Below, piece by piece: positions 1-12,482 of a DNA stretch of 64,000 nt. This DNA is from Dehalococcoidia bacterium. Lineage in GTDB: Bacteria > Chloroflexota > Dehalococcoidia > UBA2979. Location of the stretch: NCBI GenBank assembly GCA_965262725.1, contig OZ253555.1, positions 512,001 through 576,000 on the forward strand, written 5' to 3'. The notes beneath the pieces were generated by a model. That model searched no databases, was not told where the DNA came from, and was given only the letters and a program-made list of their open reading frames with translations. Numbering within the stretch: position 1 is the stretch's first letter; each line of letters opens with the position of its first letter. The position numbers were made by a program, and so were the translations under genes.

Positions 1-162
1 ATGCGCGACTGGAGCATGGTCGTCTCCCGCTACGGCGACGACGACGCGACCGGGACGGTGGCGGTGGTCGGGCCCACGCGCATGCACTACGAGCGAACGA
101 TCCCGCGCGTGCGCTTCGTCGCGGCGCTGATGGGGAACCTCTTGCACGAGGCGCGGTCGTAG
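1..162 (+). CDS. hrcA: Heat-inducible transcription repressor HrcA, C-terminal fragment (cut by window start)
   Basis: Frame 1 reads ...GTVAVVGPTRMHYERTIPRV..., the HrcA C-terminal GPTRMxY motif; directly upstream of grpE. Confidence 0.9.
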   Translation: MRDWSMVVSRYGDDDATGTVAVVGPTRMHYERTIPRVRFVAALMGNLLHEARS

Positions 163-204
163 CGCCGCCGCCTCGGCGGCGTGGCGCTGCGGGAGGGATG
201 AGAG

Positions 205-894
205 ATGCCGGCTGAGGCCGAGCAGGAGACGGGGGCGCCCGGGTCAGAGGCCGGGGCGCCGCCCGATGAGGCGGCGGCGTCCGCATCCGACGGCGAGTCG
301 CCCGAGGCAGCGGGCGCGCCGGATGCAGGCGGGGCCGCTCTGGCGGCCGACGTGGAGGAGCTCCGGGGCGAGGTCGCCGACTACCGCGCGCGCTGGATGC
401 GCGCCGTCGCCGACTACCAGAACCTGAGGCGGCGCTCCGCCGAGGAGCGCTCAGAGCTCCGGATGCAGCTCCTGGCCGGGCTGGTCGGGGGCTACCTGGG
501 GGTGCTCGACGACCTGGACCGGGCGCTCGGCTCGCTTGAGCAGCACGAGGAGCTCTCCGGCCACCCCTGGGTGAGCGGCGTGGTGCTGGTGGGGCAGAAG
601 TTCGCCTCGCTGCTCGAGGAGAGCGGCGTGAGTGAGATCGCGGCGGAGGGCGAGCCCTTCGACCCGAGGCGGCACGAGGCGATCGGCTACCAGCCGGGTC
701 CGGAGGGTCTGGTGGTGGCGGTCGCGCAGCGCGGGTTCGAGGCGGGATCGCAGGTCGTGCGGCCCGCGCGGGTCGTGGTCGGAGACGGCTCCGTCGCTCT
801 GGGCGACCCGGCGGTCGCGGGGGACGCGGACGCGCCCCCGGGGCCCGGGGGCGGTGAGCCCACCGGCGCTGCGGACGGGGACGGCGGGGGCTAG
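205..894 (+). CDS. grpE: Nucleotide exchange factor GrpE
   Basis: RAVADYQNLRRR, GEPFDPRRHEAI, VRPARVVV motifs; operon context. Confidence 0.95.
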   Translation: MPAEAEQETGAPGSEAGAPPDEAAASASDGESPEAAGAPDAGGAALAADVEELRGEVADYRARWMRAVADYQNLRRRSAEERSELRMQLLAGLVGGYLGVLDDLDRALGSLEQHEELSGHPWVSGVVLVGQKFASLLEESGVSEIAAEGEPFDPRRHEAIGYQPGPEGLVVAVAQRGFEAGSQVVRPARVVVGDGSVALGDPAVAGDADAPPGPGGGEPTGAADGDGGG

Positions 895-999
895 CTCGAA
901 CGCGCCGGCCGCGGTGTCGCGGTCAGGCGAAGGCGAAGGTCACAGACGGGCGCGGTCGTTCCCCCCGGGGAGCGGGCGCGCCAGGGGGAGGTGGGGACG

Positions 1000-2910
<1,911 letters not shown>

Positions 2911-3055
2911 GCAGAGCGCGCGCACTACCTTCTGGCACGCGCGGGCTCGTGTCCGCCGTCAGCGTGCTGGCGGTCAGCGTTGAGCCGTCGGAGAGGACCC
3001 GTGCGCACGGACCGGCTGATGCCCGGAGCGTGGAAGCCGGTACACTGATCGCTTG

Positions 3056-4174
3056 ATGACCACGAAGCAGGATCTCTACGACGTGCTCGGCGTCTCCCGG
3101 GAGGCCTCCCAGGAGGAGATCAAGCGCGCCTTCCGGCGCCTCGCGATGGAGTACCACCCCGACCGCAACAAGTCGGAGGGGGCGGAGGGACGCTTCAAGG
3201 AGATTGCCGGCGCCTACGAGGTTCTCTCCGATCCGGAGAAGCGCGGGCGCTACGACCGCTTCGGCGAGGCCGGTCTCAACGGCGGGCAGGCACAGGGCTT
3301 CCAGGGCTTCGAGGGGTTCGCCGGCTTCGGCGACATCTTCGACGCCTTCTTCCGCGGGACGGCGTCGCAGCGCTCGGCGCCGCAGCGCGGCTCCGACCTC
3401 CGCCTCGAGGTCGAGCTCGACTTCGAGGAGGCCGTCTTCGGCGTCGAGCGCGAGCTGGCCTACGACCGCGTCGAGGCCTGCGACGATTGCCGGGCGACCG
3501 GCCAGCGCCGGGGGAGCGATCTCTCCACCTGTCCCGAATGCAACGGACAGGGCGAGCTCCGCCGCGTGGAGCGCTCGGTCTTCGGGCAGTTCGTGAACGT
3601 CGCCGCCTGCGGGCGCTGCCGCGGCCAGGGCCGCATCGTCACCGACCCCTGCACGACCTGCCGCGGGCGCGGCCAGCGCCGCGCGGAGTCCAGGCGCAGC
3701 GTCCGGATCCCGGCGGGCATCGACGATGGATCGCAGATCCGCCTCTCCGGCGGGGGAAGCGCGGGCAACCACGGGGGTCCTCCGGGCCACCTCTACGTGC
3801 AGGTCGCGGTGCGCCCGCACGAGGAGTTCGAGCGCGCCGGAGACGACCTGCTCTACGAGCTCCCGCTGAACGTGGCGCAGGCGGCCCTCGGCGTCACCGC
3901 GGCGGTGCCCACGCTCGAGGGCGACGACATCGAGCTCGACATCAAGGCCGGCACGCAACACGGCGCGCTCTTTCCCCTGCGCGGCCGCGGCGTCCCGCAC
4001 GTGCGCGGGTCAGGCCGCGGCGACCTCATCGTGCGCGCCCACGTGGTCACGCCGACGAAGCTCTCGGCTCAGCAGCGCAACCTCATGCAGGAGCTCGCCG
4101 AGTCGCTGGGGACGCCGGCGATGCCGGCGGACGGCGGCTCCATACTGAGTCGCATTCGCGACGCCCTGGGCTAG
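3056..4174 (+). CDS. dnaJ: Chaperone DnaJ
   Basis: J-domain HPD motif, G/F region, four CxxC zinc-finger repeats. Confidence 0.98.
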   Translation: MTTKQDLYDVLGVSREASQEEIKRAFRRLAMEYHPDRNKSEGAEGRFKEIAGAYEVLSDPEKRGRYDRFGEAGLNGGQAQGFQGFEGFAGFGDIFDAFFRGTASQRSAPQRGSDLRLEVELDFEEAVFGVERELAYDRVEACDDCRATGQRRGSDLSTCPECNGQGELRRVERSVFGQFVNVAACGRCRGQGRIVTDPCTTCRGRGQRRAESRRSVRIPAGIDDGSQIRLSGGGSAGNHGGPPGHLYVQVAVRPHEEFERAGDDLLYELPLNVAQAALGVTAAVPTLEGDDIELDIKAGTQHGALFPLRGRGVPHVRGSGRGDLIVRAHVVTPTKLSAQQRNLMQELAESLGTPAMPADGGSILSRIRDALG

Positions 4175-4180
4175 ATCCGC

Positions 4181-5290
4181 ATGAGCGCTCCGCCCGCCGG
4201 AGACGCGGCCGCGGGTGATCCCCTCGAACAGACCACGTCCGGCAGCGATACCCCGGGCAGCGCTGCCGCTGGCGGCGTCGGCGCGGCGTCGGGGCGCTGG
4301 GTCGAGGTCCGCGTCCTGGTCGCGCCTGCCGACTCCGAGCCGGTGGCAGCGGCCCTGGGCGAGCTCGCGGGCTCGGGCGCGTCCATCGAGGAAGGTCCCC
4401 CCTCCGGAGACGACCCCGCAGGCGCCCCGGGGGGAGGTGACGGGAGCCGCGCGCTCGTGCGCGTCTGGATCCCCGTCCCGCCGGGGGCCGACGCCGGCTG
4501 GGAGCGCGAGGCCCGGAACGCGGTGGCAGCCACCCTCGCCCGGCTCACTCTCGCCGAGCCCTGCTCGCCCGAGACCGCGCTCGTTGAGCCTCCCGACTGG
4601 GCACGGGAGTGGCGCCGCTTCTACCGCCCGCTCCGCATCGGTCGCCGCCTGGTGATCTGCCCGCCGTGGGAGCGCCCCGTGCTCGCGCGGGGCGAGGTCT
4701 CCGTCGTGATCGACCCGGGCCGCGCCTTTGGCACGGGGCACCATGAGAGCACCCGGCTCTGCCTGGGGGCGCTCGAGTCGCAGCTGGTTCCGGGCTGGGA
4801 CGTGATCGACCTGGGAACGGGTTCGGGGATCCTGGCCGTGGCGGCGGCCCGGCTCGGCGCCGCCTCCGTGCGGGCGCTCGACATCGATCCCGAGGCCGTG
4901 GGGGTGGCGCGGGAGAGCATGGCGCGAAACGGCGTCTCCGGGCGCGTCGTGGCGGCGGTGGGATCACTGGGCCCCGCGTGGCCCTGGCCCGCGTCCGCCG
5001 GCCGCCCGGCCGACCTCGTGCTCGCGAATCTCTCGGAGCCTCTCCTCCGCGACCTCGTCTGGGAGATCGCGCGCGTGGTGAGGCCGGGCGGACTGCTCAT
5101 CGCCGCCGGCTACCTCGACCGCGACGAGCCGGCGGTTGAGGCGGCGCTCGCCTCCGCCGGGCTTCGGACTCTCCGCGTCGTGGCGGAGGGGGAGTGGCGC
5201 TGCCATGTGGCGGTGGTGGAGCCGCGGGCGCAGGAAGCCGGCCCGGGCCGCGCTCAGGGCTCGCCGTATAGTGGGCGCCGACGCGTCTGA
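4181..5290 (+). CDS. prmA: Ribosomal protein L11 methyltransferase
   Basis: IDPGRAFGTGHHESTRLC and DLGTGSGIL SAM motif; follows dnaJ. Confidence 0.95.
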   Translation: MSAPPAGDAAAGDPLEQTTSGSDTPGSAAAGGVGAASGRWVEVRVLVAPADSEPVAAALGELAGSGASIEEGPPSGDDPAGAPGGGDGSRALVRVWIPVPPGADAGWEREARNAVAATLARLTLAEPCSPETALVEPPDWAREWRRFYRPLRIGRRLVICPPWERPVLARGEVSVVIDPGRAFGTGHHESTRLCLGALESQLVPGWDVIDLGTGSGILAVAAARLGAASVRALDIDPEAVGVARESMARNGVSGRVVAAVGSLGPAWPWPASAGRPADLVLANLSEPLLRDLVWEIARVVRPGGLLIAAGYLDRDEPAVEAALASAGLRTLRVVAEGEWRCHVAVVEPRAQEAGPGRAQGSPYSGRRRV

Positions 5291-5445
5291 CCCATGCCAC
5301 GGGCCGCGTCTCGCGGGATCCTCCGGCGCGGGCGCGATATGACGAGTGAGGCAGCGGATGCTGCTCAGCCGGCCGGGGCGATCGTGAGCCGCGCGGGCAC
5401 GGCCCTGCTGCTGCGCCGATCGCCCCGGCCGCTGTGCCCGCCGGG

Positions 5446-5883
5446 CTACTCTCGACTCAAGGGTGGGTCGTGTGTGAAGGGGCTGATCACGGAGAGGGTA
5501 TCGATGCGCTGTCCGTCGGCGAGGTCTTCCGTGAGCAGGAATTCGCAGCCAGCCCGCTGAGCGGCGGCAACGATCAGTGCATCCCAATGGGAGATCTGCG
5601 CGGCGCCGCCGATCTCAAGCGCGTTTGAGACGAGACTCGCGTTGATCGGGAGCGGGTTCCACGTGATGAGCCTATCGATGTCGGCTCGGGCATCGTCCGG
5701 CGACATCCCGGGCGCGAGCCGACCCGTGACCGTGACGTAGTACTCATTCAGCACCTGGGCACTCACACGCCCCTCGCGGGACGCCCAGAGGTGCTCCATC
5801 CACGCACGAGCCTGTTGCTGCTTGTCGGGATCATGAGTGTCCCGCGCGTACACCAGGACGTTGGTGTCAACGAAGATACTCAC
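5446..5883 (-). CDS. PIN-domain toxin (VapC family)
   Basis: FVDTNVLVYA, QVLNEYY, SHWDALIVAAA, LLTEDL. Confidence 0.92.
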   Translation of the reverse strand: MSIFVDTNVLVYARDTHDPDKQQQARAWMEHLWASREGRVSAQVLNEYYVTVTGRLAPGMSPDDARADIDRLITWNPLPINASLVSNALEIGGAAQISHWDALIVAAAQRAGCEFLLTEDLADGQRIDTLSVISPFTHDPPLSRE

Positions 5884-6110
5884 CGTCCGTGCAACTCGGC
5901 GCGGGATGGATAGGCAGTAGATCGGGAGCTGATGTCCGCGGGCTCTTGTGCGAGATAGGACCGCCGAGCCTGTTCGTAGAGGTCGTCACGAACTCTATGC
6001 TCCCGGAGCAGGCCGCCCACCAGTCGTGACACGCTCGTGTCCCGGCGCGCGGCCTCGATCCGCGTCCAGCGAGCGGTCTCGTCGTCGAGGGTGATGGTCA
6101 CGTTTCTCAC
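5880..6110 (-). CDS. Ribbon-helix-helix antitoxin (VapB-like)
   Basis: MRNVTITLDDET...AARRDTSVSRLV; 4-nt overlap with the PIN gene. Confidence 0.85.
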   Translation of the reverse strand: MRNVTITLDDETARWTRIEAARRDTSVSRLVGGLLREHRVRDDLYEQARRSYLAQEPADISSRSTAYPSRAELHGR

Positions 6111-6136
6111 GAAGTGAGTGTAGCACGAAGATCGTG
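6108..6136 (-). promoter_or_regulatory. Extended -10 promoter and operator-like repeat of the TA operon
   Basis: Minus strand TGcTACACT (-10 at 6117-6122), 6 nt before the GTG start; palindrome CACGA-aga-TCGTG at 6124-6136. Confidence 0.55.
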
Positions 6137-6315
6137 GTCCGGCATACGGTCACACCACACCCGTGCGGCACTCGCTGGTGGTCCCCCGGGGGGCGGTTGG
6201 GGGGCGCACTGCGCCATCGCCGGAGCGGTTTCGAGGCTCGCCATGCGTACGAGTGTGAAGGCGGTCGGCGGCATCCCGGCTCGGCGGGCGTCCCCGTGCG
6301 CGAGATCGAGCAGCC

Positions 6316-9300
6316 TCAGCGGTCCCCGCCGCCGTCCGTGCCGGCTTCAGGTGGCCCATCGCTCTTCGCGAGCAGGGGCGTCGCGGCGGGGAGGCCATCC
6401 GGGTAGAGCTCGCGGAAGGATCGGTTCACGAAGTCCGGCGCCCCGAGAATCAGGGGGACGAAGGCGCCGTCGTCGAGGGCGTAGAGGGCCGCGACGTGCC
6501 GGCCCTCCGCGCACACCACCAGCTCCGCGGCGCTCCCTCCCTCGTAGAGGACGAGGCTGAAGCCCGCGGCGACGACTCCGTGCAGGCACTCCGGCCGGGG
6601 TTCGGCTCCGCCCTCATCCCGGGGGCGACCGCCGCCGGTGTCGGGCGAGGACGGCCCGTCGCTTCGTGCGAGCAGGGGCGTGTCGGCGGGGAGGCCGCCC
6701 GCGTAGAGCTCGCGGAAGGATCGGTTCACGAAGTCCGGCGCCCCGAGGATGTAGGGGACGACGGCGCCGTCGTGCGTGGCGTAGAGGGCGGTGACCTGCC
6801 GGCCCGCGGCGCAGGGCACGAGATCCTCGACGCTCCCGCCTGCGTAGGTGAGGAAGCTGAAGCCCACGGCGACCTCGCCGCGCAGGCACACCGGGGCGGG
6901 CCCCGCCGCTTCCTCCTCGCCGAGGATCAGGCGATAGACGCGCGTGCGAGTGCCGTCCGGCGAGGTCACGGTGATGGTGATCTCGCGCCCCGGGAGCAGC
7001 CGCACGTGGTACCCGTTCTCCGGGTCGCCGTCGTGGTCCGGCGGATCGATCCCCACAGACGCGCCGGGCTGGGCCGGCGCCGCCGTCAGGGTCGCGATGT
7101 TGCCGTCGGGGATTGTGTCGCTCGCATAGTCGTACCGCAGCGGTGAGAACTCCCCGAAGTCGACGCCGCTCAGACTCAGCGACGCGAGTCGGGCGTCGGC
7201 GGCGTCCGGCATGTTGTAGCTATAGACCCTGCCGTCGCTGGCATCGGCGACGTACATGACGTCTCCGTCGGACCAGAGGCCGCGCGGGCTGTTGTTGCTG
7301 GCCCGGCTCAGCTTCCTGAACTCCTCGCCCGAGATGCGTTCGAGCGGCGTCGGCTCGGCGTCCTCCGCCACGGGCGCAGCGGGCCGCGCCGGAAGGCGGT
7401 AGGCGTGGAGCCACTTGGTGATGTGGTCCGACACCCAGACGGTGACGCCGTCGGACCAGATCCCGTGCGGGGCGTCGTTGGAGGAGTCGAGGGCGTACTC
7501 GGCGGTCCGCTCGCCGCTCTCGAGGTCGTGCGCGAAGAGCTTCTCCTGGCCGCTGTCGGAGATCCAGATGGTGCTGCGGTCGGACCAGACCCCACGCGGC
7601 GCGAGGTTGGTCTCGTCGAGCTCGAACTCGCGGTCCTCCACCCGCTCGCCGCTTGTGACGTCGTATGCGTAGATGGCGTCGTCGGCGCCCTGGCCGTTCT
7701 CGGCGATCCAGAGCGTGGCGCCATCGGACCAGGAGCCGGTGGGCTCGTCGTTGTCCGGGTCGAGCTCCTCGATGTCGCGGGTCACGTTCCACTCGAAGTC
7801 CAGGATGCTCGGGCTCGGCCCCGACGGCCCGCCGCCACCACCGCCGCCGATGGCGATGCGCGGCGCGGTCGCCTGCTCGCCGGTGGTGATGGTCACGTCA
7901 ATTCCGTCGGAGTCGCCGGATGGGTCGCGGGCCGTCACGCTCACGGCGTAGGAGGGCCGGATGGCGGGGTCCAGCACGACCCCCGCGCCCACCACGATCT
8001 GACCCGTGCCCGCGTCGATGCCGAACGACGCCGCATCGGTACCGGATAGCGTGTAGACGAGCGTGTCGCCGGCATCCGGGTCCGTGGCCGCGACCGGCGC
8101 GCCGACGTGTGCACCCGGCTCGGCGGTCTTCGGGACGGCGCGGACCCCGCTCTCGGTGGAGGGGAATTCCGGCGCTTCGTTCACGTCGGTGACGGTGATG
8201 GTCACCGCGATGGTGGCGGAGGCGAGGGATGGATCGGTGGCGGTGACCGACACGGTGTGGTGGTTCCTCGACTCATGGTTGAGCGGGGCACGCGTCCACA
8301 ACTGGCCGGTCCGCTCGTCGATGCCGAAGGATGCCGCATCTGCGCCGCCCAGACGGTAGGTGAGCGTGTCGCCGGGGTCCGTGGCCTCGACGCGTGCGCC
8401 GATGTCCCGGTCTGGAGGTGTGTTCTCGGGCACGCTGCGCCCCCGGGTCTCCGTGGGCGGGAACGCGGGTGCGCTGTTGCTCACGGGCACCGCCCGCACA
8501 CTCTCCGAGACCCGGTCGGCGCTCTTTCCGGAGCCCTCCCGGTCGCCGTAGGAGGCGGCGACCCGCAGGTAGTGGTGCAGGTCGGTGGCGCCCGGGGTGT
8601 AGGTGCGCGACGTGGCTCCGCCGATGGGGGTCCAGCCGCTCGTCCTGTTCAGGGAACGCTCCCACGACCAGGTGATCGCCCCGGAGACGCCGTCGGGGTC
8701 GGCCAGCGTCGACGTCAGCGCGGTGTCAACCTGGGGCTGCAGCGACGAGAGGAGTACCCTCCCGGCTTCGTCGACGTTGGTGACGGTGACGGTCACCGCG
8801 AGCGTGTCCTCGCTGGTCCCGTCGGAGGCGCGAACGGTCACCTGGTAGACGTTGTCGCGGTTGGCGTCTGTCGGGTTCTCGTAGTCCGGCGTCTCGCGGA
8901 GTCTGAGCGCGCCCCGCTCGATCGTGAGGTCGCCGCTGTCGGACCCTGCCAGCGACCAGCCGATCCTGTCGCTCTCCGGGTCGGTGGCGGTGAAGGAACC
9001 GGCGAAGAGGCCGCCTCCTTCCGCGACGGTGATGCCGGGCGCCCCCCCGATGTCCGGTGCTTCGTTCACCTGGCCGACACGAACCGTGACCGCGATGCTG
9101 GCGTCCGTTGCGGGGTCGGGGTGACCGCCGGCGTCCGTGCCGTCACTGACCGACACGAAGAAGGAGTAGCTAGTCCTGGTCTCATAGTCCAGGGGGTGCA
9201 CGGTCCGCAGCTGACCGGTCGTGGAGACGATCTCGAAGGGGTCCGCGCCAGCGCCGCTCACCGCGTACGTGAGCGTGTCGCCGCGGTCCGGGTCCGCGGC

Positions 9301-11067
9301 CGCGACGGGCGCACCGATAGCTGCGCCCGCGGGCGTGTTTTCCGGTACGGCGCGCTCGCCGCTCTCGCCGGGCGGGAACGTCGGCGCCTCGTTCACGTCG
9401 GTCACGGTGATGGTCACGGGCAGCTCGCTGGCCCTGCTCCCGTCGAAGGCGCGCACGATGACTCGATAGACGTTGTCTCCGTCGGCGTCCGCCGGGAGCT
9501 CATAGTCCAGGATCTCCGCCGTCAGCAGCTGACCGGACGCCGGGACGATGTCGAAGAGCGCGGCATCGCTCCCCACCAGGCTGTAGGTCAGCGTGTCGTC
9601 GTCGGGGTCCGTGGCCGTGACCGGCGCACCGAGGGTCGCACGCGGCCCCGTGTTCTCCACCACCGAACGCGCCGCGGCGCCACCGAACGCCGGCACGCGG
9701 TTCTCGCCGACCCTGAGTATCCGGTCCCCGCCGCCGCCGTTCGACGTGGTGACATAGAGCGCTCCGTCGGGGCCCATCATCGGGGTCCGGAGCCGGCCGT
9801 ATGTCCCGTCGAGTTGCGGTACGACGACCTGGCTCACGAGGGCCCCCTCCGGGGTGAATTCGAAGAGGCGCAGCTTCTGATCCCGCAGCGTGGCCACCGC
9901 CAGACGCCCCTCCCAGATCCCCCAGTGGGCGCCCTCAAGGAAGATGCCGCCGCTGGTGGCAACGGTGGAATTCCCGGACGACCATCTGGCCTGGGCGGCG
10001 CCGGGGAACTTCACGAGGTCGGTCATGGGGACGCTCTGGTTGTAGCCGGGCACCGGATCCCATCCGTAGTTGCCGCCGGCGGCGAGCAGGTTGATCTCGT
10101 CGTCAACCGTCGGTCCGTGCTCCACCGACCACATCTGGCTGGTACCGGGACGGAGCGCCAGGCCCTGCACGTTGCGGTGGCCGTAGGTGTAGATGAGGGG
10201 TGAGGCGGGGAACGGATTCCCCGGTGCCCCGGCGCCCGTCATGGCGTCGACGCGGAGGATCTTCCCGCCGAGCGAGTTCAGGTTCTGGGGAACCGTCCCG
10301 GTTCGCGCGTCGCCGGTCGCGATCCAGAGGTAGCCCCGCGGACCGAAGCGCAGCCGGCAGCCGCCGTGGGTGCTGGCCGTGGGGATGTCTCCAACGAGGG
10401 GGTCGGCCACCCGCGTCGCCACGGCGTAGGCGGCGTCGATGGTCCAGGCGACGACCTGCACTTCCGGACCGGTATGGCTCTGGCAGGTGTAGAAGCGCCG
10501 GTTGGTGGAGAAGCGGGGATCGACGACGATCGCCATCAGCCCGACCTCGCCCCCGACGAACAGGTCGCTGACATCGGCGGAGATGGTCTGGACGGTGCCG
10601 TCGGGGAGGCGGCTGCTCAGCACGCCTGAGCGCTGGGTGAACAACATCGTCCCGTCGGGCGTGAAGGCGATGTCCCACGGGATGGACAGGCCCGAGACGA
10701 GCGTGGTGACGCGGATGTCGGGCGGGGAAGCCTCGAGCGTGGAGGCGCCCTGCGCGCTCTCGCCGGAAGCACTCTCGTCGCGGTAGCCGGTCCGCGTGAC
10801 GCCGTGGTCGGAAGTGGCGCCGGCCTCGGGGTCTCCTCCGGTGATGCCGGCGCCACCGCCGGGCTCTTCCCCGGGCTGTCCCGTCGTCCCCCGCAGCAGT
10901 GGGCTGACCCTGGAGTCGTCCGTGCCGGTCGACGGGCCGGGCGTGTCCGGGGCACCGTCGGCGAGCGCCGGAGCGGCGACCGCGGTGAGCGCGGCGACGA
11001 GCAGCAGCAGGGCGACGCCGACACCCGCACGGCGCCGGGAATGCGAGAGTCGCTCTGTCGCGATCAC
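6316..11067 (-). CDS. Large exported protein: PQQ-dependent sugar dehydrogenase (GSDH) domain, cadherin repeats, propeller-like WSDG repeats and duplicated C-terminal domain
   Basis: Signal peptide ...AAPALA/DG; HGGCRLRFGP, YGHRNVQGLA, GGNYGW; repeated ATDPD/LDYE/VTDVNEAP cadherin motifs. Start uncertain (ORF open to 11244). Confidence 0.85.
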   Translation of the reverse strand: MIATERLSHSRRRAGVGVALLLLVAALTAVAAPALADGAPDTPGPSTGTDDSRVSPLLRGTTGQPGEEPGGGAGITGGDPEAGATSDHGVTRTGYRDESASGESAQGASTLEASPPDIRVTTLVSGLSIPWDIAFTPDGTMLFTQRSGVLSSRLPDGTVQTISADVSDLFVGGEVGLMAIVVDPRFSTNRRFYTCQSHTGPEVQVVAWTIDAAYAVATRVADPLVGDIPTASTHGGCRLRFGPRGYLWIATGDARTGTVPQNLNSLGGKILRVDAMTGAGAPGNPFPASPLIYTYGHRNVQGLALRPGTSQMWSVEHGPTVDDEINLLAAGGNYGWDPVPGYNQSVPMTDLVKFPGAAQARWSSGNSTVATSGGIFLEGAHWGIWEGRLAVATLRDQKLRLFEFTPEGALVSQVVVPQLDGTYGRLRTPMMGPDGALYVTTSNGGGGDRILRVGENRVPAFGGAAARSVVENTGPRATLGAPVTATDPDDDTLTYSLVGSDAALFDIVPASGQLLTAEILDYELPADADGDNVYRVIVRAFDGSRASELPVTITVTDVNEAPTFPPGESGERAVPENTPAGAAIGAPVAAADPDRGDTLTYAVSGAGADPFEIVSTTGQLRTVHPLDYETRTSYSFFVSVSDGTDAGGHPDPATDASIAVTVRVGQVNEAPDIGGAPGITVAEGGGLFAGSFTATDPESDRIGWSLAGSDSGDLTIERGALRLRETPDYENPTDANRDNVYQVTVRASDGTSEDTLAVTVTVTNVDEAGRVLLSSLQPQVDTALTSTLADPDGVSGAITWSWERSLNRTSGWTPIGGATSRTYTPGATDLHHYLRVAASYGDREGSGKSADRVSESVRAVPVSNSAPAFPPTETRGRSVPENTPPDRDIGARVEATDPGDTLTYRLGGADAASFGIDERTGQLWTRAPLNHESRNHHTVSVTATDPSLASATIAVTITVTDVNEAPEFPSTESGVRAVPKTAEPGAHVGAPVAATDPDAGDTLVYTLSGTDAASFGIDAGTGQIVVGAGVVLDPAIRPSYAVSVTARDPSGDSDGIDVTITTGEQATAPRIAIGGGGGGGPSGPSPSILDFEWNVTRDIEELDPDNDEPTGSWSDGATLWIAENGQGADDAIYAYDVTSGERVEDREFELDETNLAPRGVWSDRSTIWISDSGQEKLFAHDLESGERTAEYALDSSNDAPHGIWSDGVTVWVSDHITKWLHAYRLPARPAAPVAEDAEPTPLERISGEEFRKLSRASNNSPRGLWSDGDVMYVADASDGRVYSYNMPDAADARLASLSLSGVDFGEFSPLRYDYASDTIPDGNIATLTAAPAQPGASVGIDPPDHDGDPENGYHVRLLPGREITITVTSPDGTRTRVYRLILGEEEAAGPAPVCLRGEVAVGFSFLTYAGGSVEDLVPCAAGRQVTALYATHDGAVVPYILGAPDFVNRSFRELYAGGLPADTPLLARSDGPSSPDTGGGRPRDEGGAEPRPECLHGVVAAGFSLVLYEGGSAAELVVCAEGRHVAALYALDDGAFVPLILGAPDFVNRSFRELYPDGLPAATPLLAKSDGPPEAGTDGGGDR

Positions 11068-12482
11068 CCCGGCTGCTCCAGCTCCGATACTCGCCCGATA
11101 CAGAGAAGCGCCCCCGTCGCCCGGTCCCGCACCAGGAAGATGAAGCGCGGGCCAACGGTCAGCGTATCCCCACCGCGCCCCCGCAGCGGGTCGCGAACGA
11201 GTCAGGCGCCGATAGAGCCGGTGCCGCCGGTCATGAAGTGACACATCACATCTGCGGACGCAGTTCCGGGTGCTTGAGACCCGTACCTGTGTTGAACAGC
11301 ACGATCCGCTCCTCGGGCTGGATCGTTCCTCCCGCTATCAGCAGTTCGAGCCCGACGAGCGTCGATGCGCCCTCGGGGCAGGCGTCGATCCCCTCGGTGC
11401 GGCCGAAGCGGCGCATCGCGGGCACGATCGACTCGTCGGGGATGGCGACTGCTGCGCCACCGCTCTCGCGCAGGGTGCGCAGGATCAGGTCGTCGGCGAA
11501 GGGGCGGGCACACGAATGCCGGGCGCCACCGTCGCCGCGTTGTCCCACGGCTCGGCGCGCTCGTCGCCCCTGTCCCAGGCGCGCACGATCGGTGCGCAGC
11601 CGTCGGACTGCACAACGCACATGCGAGGCCGGTCGGTGCCGATCAGCCCCATCGTCTCCAGTTCCTCGAACGCCTTCCACATCCCGATCAGCCCGGTCCC
11701 ACCGCCGGTCGGATAGAGCACCACGTCCGGCAGCTCGCCATCGAGTTGCTCCCAGAGCTCGTAACCCATCGTCTTCTTGCCCTCGGTGCGGTACGGCTCC
11801 CTGAGCGTCGACATCTCGAACCAGCCGTGCTCGCGGCAGCCCTCGGCGATGAGTCGCCCGGCGTCGTTGATCAGCCCGTCGACAAGCTGGAGATCGGCGC
11901 CAAGGTTCAGCACCTCCCGGATGATCGCCGCCGGGGTGTCGACAGGCATCGCGACGTGGGCGGTCATGCCGCTATGGGCCGCGTAGGCAGCGGCGGCGGC
12001 GCCGGCGTTGCCCGCGGTCGGTATGCCGATGTCGGTCACGCCGAGGCGCCTCGCCATCGCCATCGCGGCGGCGAGGCCGCGCGCCTTGAACGATCCGGTC
12101 GGGTTACCGCCCTCGTCCTTTACCAGCAGATCGCTGCAACCGAGTTCCGCACCGAGCCGCGGCGCGGCAAGGAGCGGAGTCATGCCCTCGCCGAGGGACA
12201 CCAAGCCCACCAGCTCGCTGGCAGGCAGTACCTCGGCGTAGCGCCACATCGAGGCCTCGCGCCCGCCCAGGGCCTCGCGTGTGAGCGTCTCCCTCGCGCC
12301 GTCGAGGTCGTAGCGCGCGAACAGAGCGCGGCCACACTGGCGACAGATCGTCTGCAGCTCGTCGCACTCGCAACGCGCGCCGCAGATGTCGATCGCCAGG
12401 GTCATTGATCCACGCGTCGCCACGGTCATTAGACCACCCGGGACGCCGGTAGGCGGCTTGATATCAGTGAGCGTCTAGCGCG

